Positions 39,823 to 43,775 of a DNA stretch of 43,775 nucleotides are shown piece after piece (the first letter of the stretch is position 1; the number at the start of each line of letters is the position of its first letter). The translations under genes and the position numbers were made by a program. The notes under the pieces were generated by a model that had not been told where the DNA came from, searched no databases, and saw only the letters and a list, made by a program, of their open reading frames with translations. The stretch spans positions 1 to 43,775 of the forward strand of contig CAZBLF010000005.1 of the NCBI GenBank assembly GCA_964492935.1, read 5' to 3'. This DNA comes from an uncultured Methanosarcinales archaeon (GTDB lineage: Archaea > Nanobdellota > Nanobdellia > Woesearchaeales > JACPBV01).

Positions 39823-41005
39823 TGTTAGTGAAGAAAAAGTTGAGATAAAGGAAGTTTCTGAGGCGTACGAGGCTGAAGGCAAATTAAAGAAGCAGTCTGA
39901 AGAAAATAAGTTAATGAATTCTGTTTTAGAAAATGATAAGGATACGATTCAGGAAGGTAAGCTGATTAAGGAGGCTTTGAATCAGGGTATTGGTGGTTTT
40001 TCTCCAGATTTGTTGTTTGAGCAGTTGGTTAAGAATTATTCTATGGCGACTAAGATTTATGGTCCTTCTCTGTTACGTTTGTTAACTAATTACAGTCCTG
40101 ATTATTTGAAGCGGAATGTTCAGGTTCCGGAATTTCGTAAAGAGCTTCGGAAGAATATCGAGGATAAAGTAGAGCAGTTGAAGGAAGATGGATATGTTGC
40201 TAAGGATGGTGCAATTAAGGAGCAGGGTGTGCGTTTAGCATCTTTGATTCTGTATACTGAGGAACTGGATAAAATCATTCCGAAAGGTTTTACTGGAGAT
40301 AAGGTGCAGAAGAAGGATAACCGGTATGGGGATAGAGATGATATTAAGCCGTATAGAAGAGATGATAGATATAGAGACATTGCGATTAAGAAATCTTTAA
40401 AATTGGCAGTTAGACGAGGTCATTCTACGTTAGGGGTAGCTGATTTGAAGACGTTTACGCGCCAGAAGAAGGGGCAGATTGATTTAATCTATGCTTTAGA
40501 TGCTTCGGCTTCGATGAAAGGGCGTAAGATCGAGCAGTGTAAGAAGGCTGGCATTGCTTTGGCGTTTAAGGCGATAGAAGCAAAGGATAAGGTCGGATTG
40601 TTGGTGTTTGGTTCGGACGTTAGATCGGCTATAGAACCGACGAATGATTTTCCTAAGTTGTTGATGGAGATTACTCGTGTTTCGGCTAGGACGCAGACGA
40701 ATATTGCAGCTACGTTACAGAAATCTATTTCACTTTTTCCCAACACTGAAAGCACGAAGCATTTATTGCTGATTACTGATGCATTGCCTACGGAAGGGGA
40801 TGATCCTTTACAGGAAACACTGGATGCGGTGTCGGATGCTGTTAATCATGGCATTACGACCTCGATGGTAGGTGTTGGTTTGGATGAGGCTGGTAAGGGA
40901 TTGGCGAAGCAGATAACTGAATTGGGTAATGGTCGATTGTTTGTTCTTAAAGATGTAGATGATTTAGATTTAGTGGTGCTAGAAGATTATCACGCATTAT
41001 CCTAA
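39794..41005 (+). CDS. vWA (MIDAS) domain protein, ChlD-like partner
   Basis: LDASASM, TNIAA and LITDA motifs; adjacent to the AAA+ gene. Confidence 0.9.
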   Translation: MRRMRVEIPNVSEEKVEIKEVSEAYEAEGKLKKQSEENKLMNSVLENDKDTIQEGKLIKEALNQGIGGFSPDLLFEQLVKNYSMATKIYGPSLLRLLTNYSPDYLKRNVQVPEFRKELRKNIEDKVEQLKEDGYVAKDGAIKEQGVRLASLILYTEELDKIIPKGFTGDKVQKKDNRYGDRDDIKPYRRDDRYRDIAIKKSLKLAVRRGHSTLGVADLKTFTRQKKGQIDLIYALDASASMKGRKIEQCKKAGIALAFKAIEAKDKVGLLVFGSDVRSAIEPTNDFPKLLMEITRVSARTQTNIAATLQKSISLFPNTESTKHLLLITDALPTEGDDPLQETLDAVSDAVNHGITTSMVGVGLDEAGKGLAKQITELGNGRLFVLKDVDDLDLVVLEDYHALS

Positions 41006-41811
41006 CGCAACATCGAGAATCATCATTACGGTAAAGCCTACGAGTGCTGCCATTGTTGCTAAATCTGCATTTCCGCCTTGCTGGGATTCTGGGATGAGTT
41101 CTTCTACGCAGACGAAAATCATTGCGCCTGCGGCAAAACTTAATGCATAGGGAGGATTGATCTTGAAGAAAGTACTAGCCATGCTCCTAGGACTGCGGCG
41201 AAGGGTTCTACTACTGCCGATAATTGGCCGTACCAGAAACTTTTGAGTCTTGATACGCCGGCTCTTCGTAATGGGAAGGATACTGCTGCTCCTTCTGGGA
41301 AATTTTGTAGTCCTATTCCAATTGCTAGTGCGATTGCGGCTGGAATGGTTGCTGATTTAAAGCCTAGTGCGGCTGCACCAAATGCTACCCCAATTGCTAG
41401 CCCTTCTGGGATGTTGTGGAGGGTGATTGCTAACACTAATAATGTTGACTTTCTCCAAGGTGTTTCTACTCCTTCTGCTTCATCCATTTTCAGTCCGGGA
41501 TGGAGGTGGGGTAGAAATTTGTCGATGACTCTCAGAGTAATGCCTCCGGACAGGAAGCCTATTGCTGCAGGAAGCCAGGGAATCATGCCTTGCATGGCTG
41601 CATATTCTATAGAAGGTGCTAATAGAGACCAGAAACTAGCTGCAATCATGACGCCTGCACCGAAACCGAGCATTGCATCAAGCAGCTTTCGGTTCATCGT
41701 TTTTGTGAAGAAGACTAAGGCTGCTCCAGCTGCAGTTACAAACCAGGTAAACAGCGTTGCTAGCAGTGCTTGGTAGAGGGGGCCTATAGTATAAAACCAG
41801 GAAAGGAACAT
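40997..41811 (-). pseudogene. ZIP (ZupT/GufA) metal transporter with a 1-nt frameshift near 41151
   Basis: LHNIPEG and QNFPEG in the first frame; the C-terminal [21 protein letters not shown]...LDVALG continues in another frame. Confidence 0.88.
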
Positions 41812-41888
41812 GTGTTGCTCTTCGCATCCGAAGTATAAAAGGGTTTCTAACCTAAAAGATTAATAAAGGAAATCGGCTTCGCTTTAAT

Positions 41889-42305
41889 ATGCCTTACAAC
41901 GCATTGGTCGTAGATAAATCAGAGAATGAATTTGCAGGATATTCTATCTCGTATACAACACATATGCAGTCTGTGAGGGACACAGCGATTCATTTACATC
42001 GATTGGGTCATAGGGCTCGCATTGTCACTGCATTATGTGATATGACTGAGGCAGCCTATACTGATTCGGACTTGGTTTTGGCCCATGTCATGGGGGAGAA
42101 GGCTCGAAGAATAAGAGCATATCACAAAAAACATCCTCACGTAGGTCTTATTATGACCTCCGGAGATATCTTTCCGGGTGAAACTGATATTTCGAGAATG
42201 TGGGATGATGGGATCTATTTTTTGGAGAGACCTGCAACGGACGAACAATTGGAGGTGGCCATCCGCGAAACGATGCAATTCGCTCGTCCTGAGGCTAATA
42301 AATAA
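41889..42305 (+). CDS. Receiver (CheY-like) domain protein, degenerate
   Basis: ALVVD, DLVLAH, LIMTSG and FLERP follow the receiver-fold pattern. Confidence 0.55.
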   Translation: MPYNALVVDKSENEFAGYSISYTTHMQSVRDTAIHLHRLGHRARIVTALCDMTEAAYTDSDLVLAHVMGEKARRIRAYHKKHPHVGLIMTSGDIFPGETDISRMWDDGIYFLERPATDEQLEVAIRETMQFARPEANK

Positions 42306-42337
42306 GACTTATATATGAGTTCTTAAGTTGCTAGTAT

Positions 42338-42943
42338 ATGAAGATTTTATTTTTTGTGGATTTGCATGAAAGCAAGAAGGCTTTGGAGCAGTTGAAGAAA
42401 AAGGCTAAACGGGCTGACTTGATTGTGTGTGCGGGTGACTTTTCTATTTTTGAAAATAAGATTAAGTGGATATTGCGGGAGATTGATAGATTGGGGAAGG
42501 AGGTGTTGTTAATTCCGGGCAATCATGAGACTCTAGGTATTACACGAAAGATCTGTTCGGCAAGTAAACATTTGAGAGATATTCATGGACAGGTCTTCAA
42601 GAAGGGTGAATTGTTATTTGTTGCGTACGGCGAGGGAGGATTTTCGGATACCGATCCTGGTTTTGAGAAATTTTGGATGAAAAAGAAGCAGATTATTTTG
42701 GATTTGCAGAAGAAGGGTTTGAAATTGATTTTTGTTACGCATGGGCCTCCGCATGGGACGACGGTGGATGATCTCGGACAGAAAGATTATGTTGGGTGTA
42801 AATCTTATACTAAGTTTATCAAGCGGCACAAGCCGTTGTTATCGGTATCTGGACATTTACATGAGAACGCTGGCAAGGAGGCTTGGATAGGACGGACATT
42901 GGTCTTTAATCCGGGACCGAAAGGTGTCTTTAAGGAAGTATAG
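42338..42943 (+). CDS. Calcineurin-like metallophosphoesterase
   Basis: DLH, AGDF, PGNHE, THGPP, GHLHE and NPG motifs. Confidence 0.93.
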   Translation: MKILFFVDLHESKKALEQLKKKAKRADLIVCAGDFSIFENKIKWILREIDRLGKEVLLIPGNHETLGITRKICSASKHLRDIHGQVFKKGELLFVAYGEGGFSDTDPGFEKFWMKKKQIILDLQKKGLKLIFVTHGPPHGTTVDDLGQKDYVGCKSYTKFIKRHKPLLSVSGHLHENAGKEAWIGRTLVFNPGPKGVFKEV

Positions 42944-42969
42944 GTTCCAAGCTCGAAACGCATATAAAG

Positions 42970-43491
42970 ATGAAAGATATAAAAACTAAAATGGAACTGA
43001 AGGATGCCCTAGAGGTATTGGAAACTGATTCTGGATTTCAGGAATGGAAGAGCAGTAATGAGGATTCTTTTTTGGCGCACGCTTTTACGATGGTGGATGG
43101 GGATCATGATGGTAACTATCAGTTTGGGTTCTATAATAAAGATGATACGATGACTACGTTTGATGCTGGTGCAGGTGGCGTGGTACAAGGTGCGTCGGAT
43201 GAAATCTTTAAGAAACCTGAAAGTACTATTCATCCTCTGGCGAAAGAGGATATTCAGATTCCGTTTGTGAAGGCTCTTTATGCAGCTGAGAAATTACAGG
43301 CTACTGAGTTTGCGGGTGAGTCGCCTTTGAAAATTATGGTCATATTGCAACATCTGCCTGAGCATGGGGCCGTTTACAATATTACGTATATTACGAATGC
43401 GATGAAAGCTCTTAACATGCGTGTTAGTAGTGTGGATGGGTCGGTGGTTAAGAAACAATTGACGCCGTTGACTGAGTTTAAGACCGAGTAG
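42970..43491 (+). CDS. Hypothetical protein
   Basis: 173-aa ORF with host-like codon usage. Confidence 0.75.
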   Translation: MKDIKTKMELKDALEVLETDSGFQEWKSSNEDSFLAHAFTMVDGDHDGNYQFGFYNKDDTMTTFDAGAGGVVQGASDEIFKKPESTIHPLAKEDIQIPFVKALYAAEKLQATEFAGESPLKIMVILQHLPEHGAVYNITYITNAMKALNMRVSSVDGSVVKKQLTPLTEFKTE

Positions 43492-43675
43492 GTTATCGGC
43501 TTCGAAATCTAGATATTTTCCTTGTAGGCTGACATTCTCCGGATGAGACAACCCTCTTGTCAGTTTGATCTCTACTATGCAGGATTTCGATTGGATGCTG
43601 ATAACCTCATAGTGTTTCTAAAGTATATATTGCAGACTAACATTCTTTATTAAGGAGTTTATTCAAGGTTTACTC

Positions 43676-43775
43676 ATGGTTGATGTTTCTGTCAAAAAGG
43701 TTCACACTGATGCTCAGATTCCTGTTTATGCACACGAGGGTGATGCTGCTTTTGATTTGCATGCTATCGAGGAAG
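43676..43775 (+). CDS. dut: dUTP diphosphatase, partial (runs off the window)
   Basis: MVDVSVKKVHTDAQIPVYAHEGDAAFDLHAIEE matches the trimeric dUTPase N-terminus and motif 1. Confidence 0.82.
   Translation, partial: MVDVSVKKVHTDAQIPVYAHEGDAAFDLHAIEE

Noticed and set aside
43294..43551. Minus-strand 85-aa ORF
   Set aside because: It mostly overlaps the + strand gene, has a TTG start and shows no recognisable motif.

Overview
Archaeal chromosomal window, most consistent with a DPANN/Woesearchaeota-like genome. This is inferred from archaeal S3Ae/L10e/S6e/aIF2-gamma, a class I CCA-adding enzyme, an A1-U72 tRNA-Gln, TATA boxes about 21-26 nt before start codons, and many small orphans. It contains most of an A/V-type ATP synthase operon (atpK-E-C-F-A-B-D), an intron-containing tRNA-Gln(CUG), gyrB, proB/proA, a wHTH-fused purM, pyrB-I-C-E and pyrF, two AbrB-PhoU regulators, MscS, an S8 protease, an SPFH protein, a ChlI/MoxR-like AAA+ and vWA pair, a frameshifted ZIP transporter and the start of dUTPase. 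The standout is atpK: one reading frame, open from the window edge, with at least 10 complete tandem c-subunit hairpins (probably 11 or more), each keeping the ion-binding Glu. It is a candidate single-polypeptide Na+ rotor ring. Other points of interest are a T-loop (59/60) tRNA intron, two long intergenic hairpins sharing TGCTAA...TTAGCA ends (one attC-like), micro-ORF clusters next to both AbrB-PhoU genes, and several single-base disablements. No CRISPR array, rRNA, transposase or integrase was seen.
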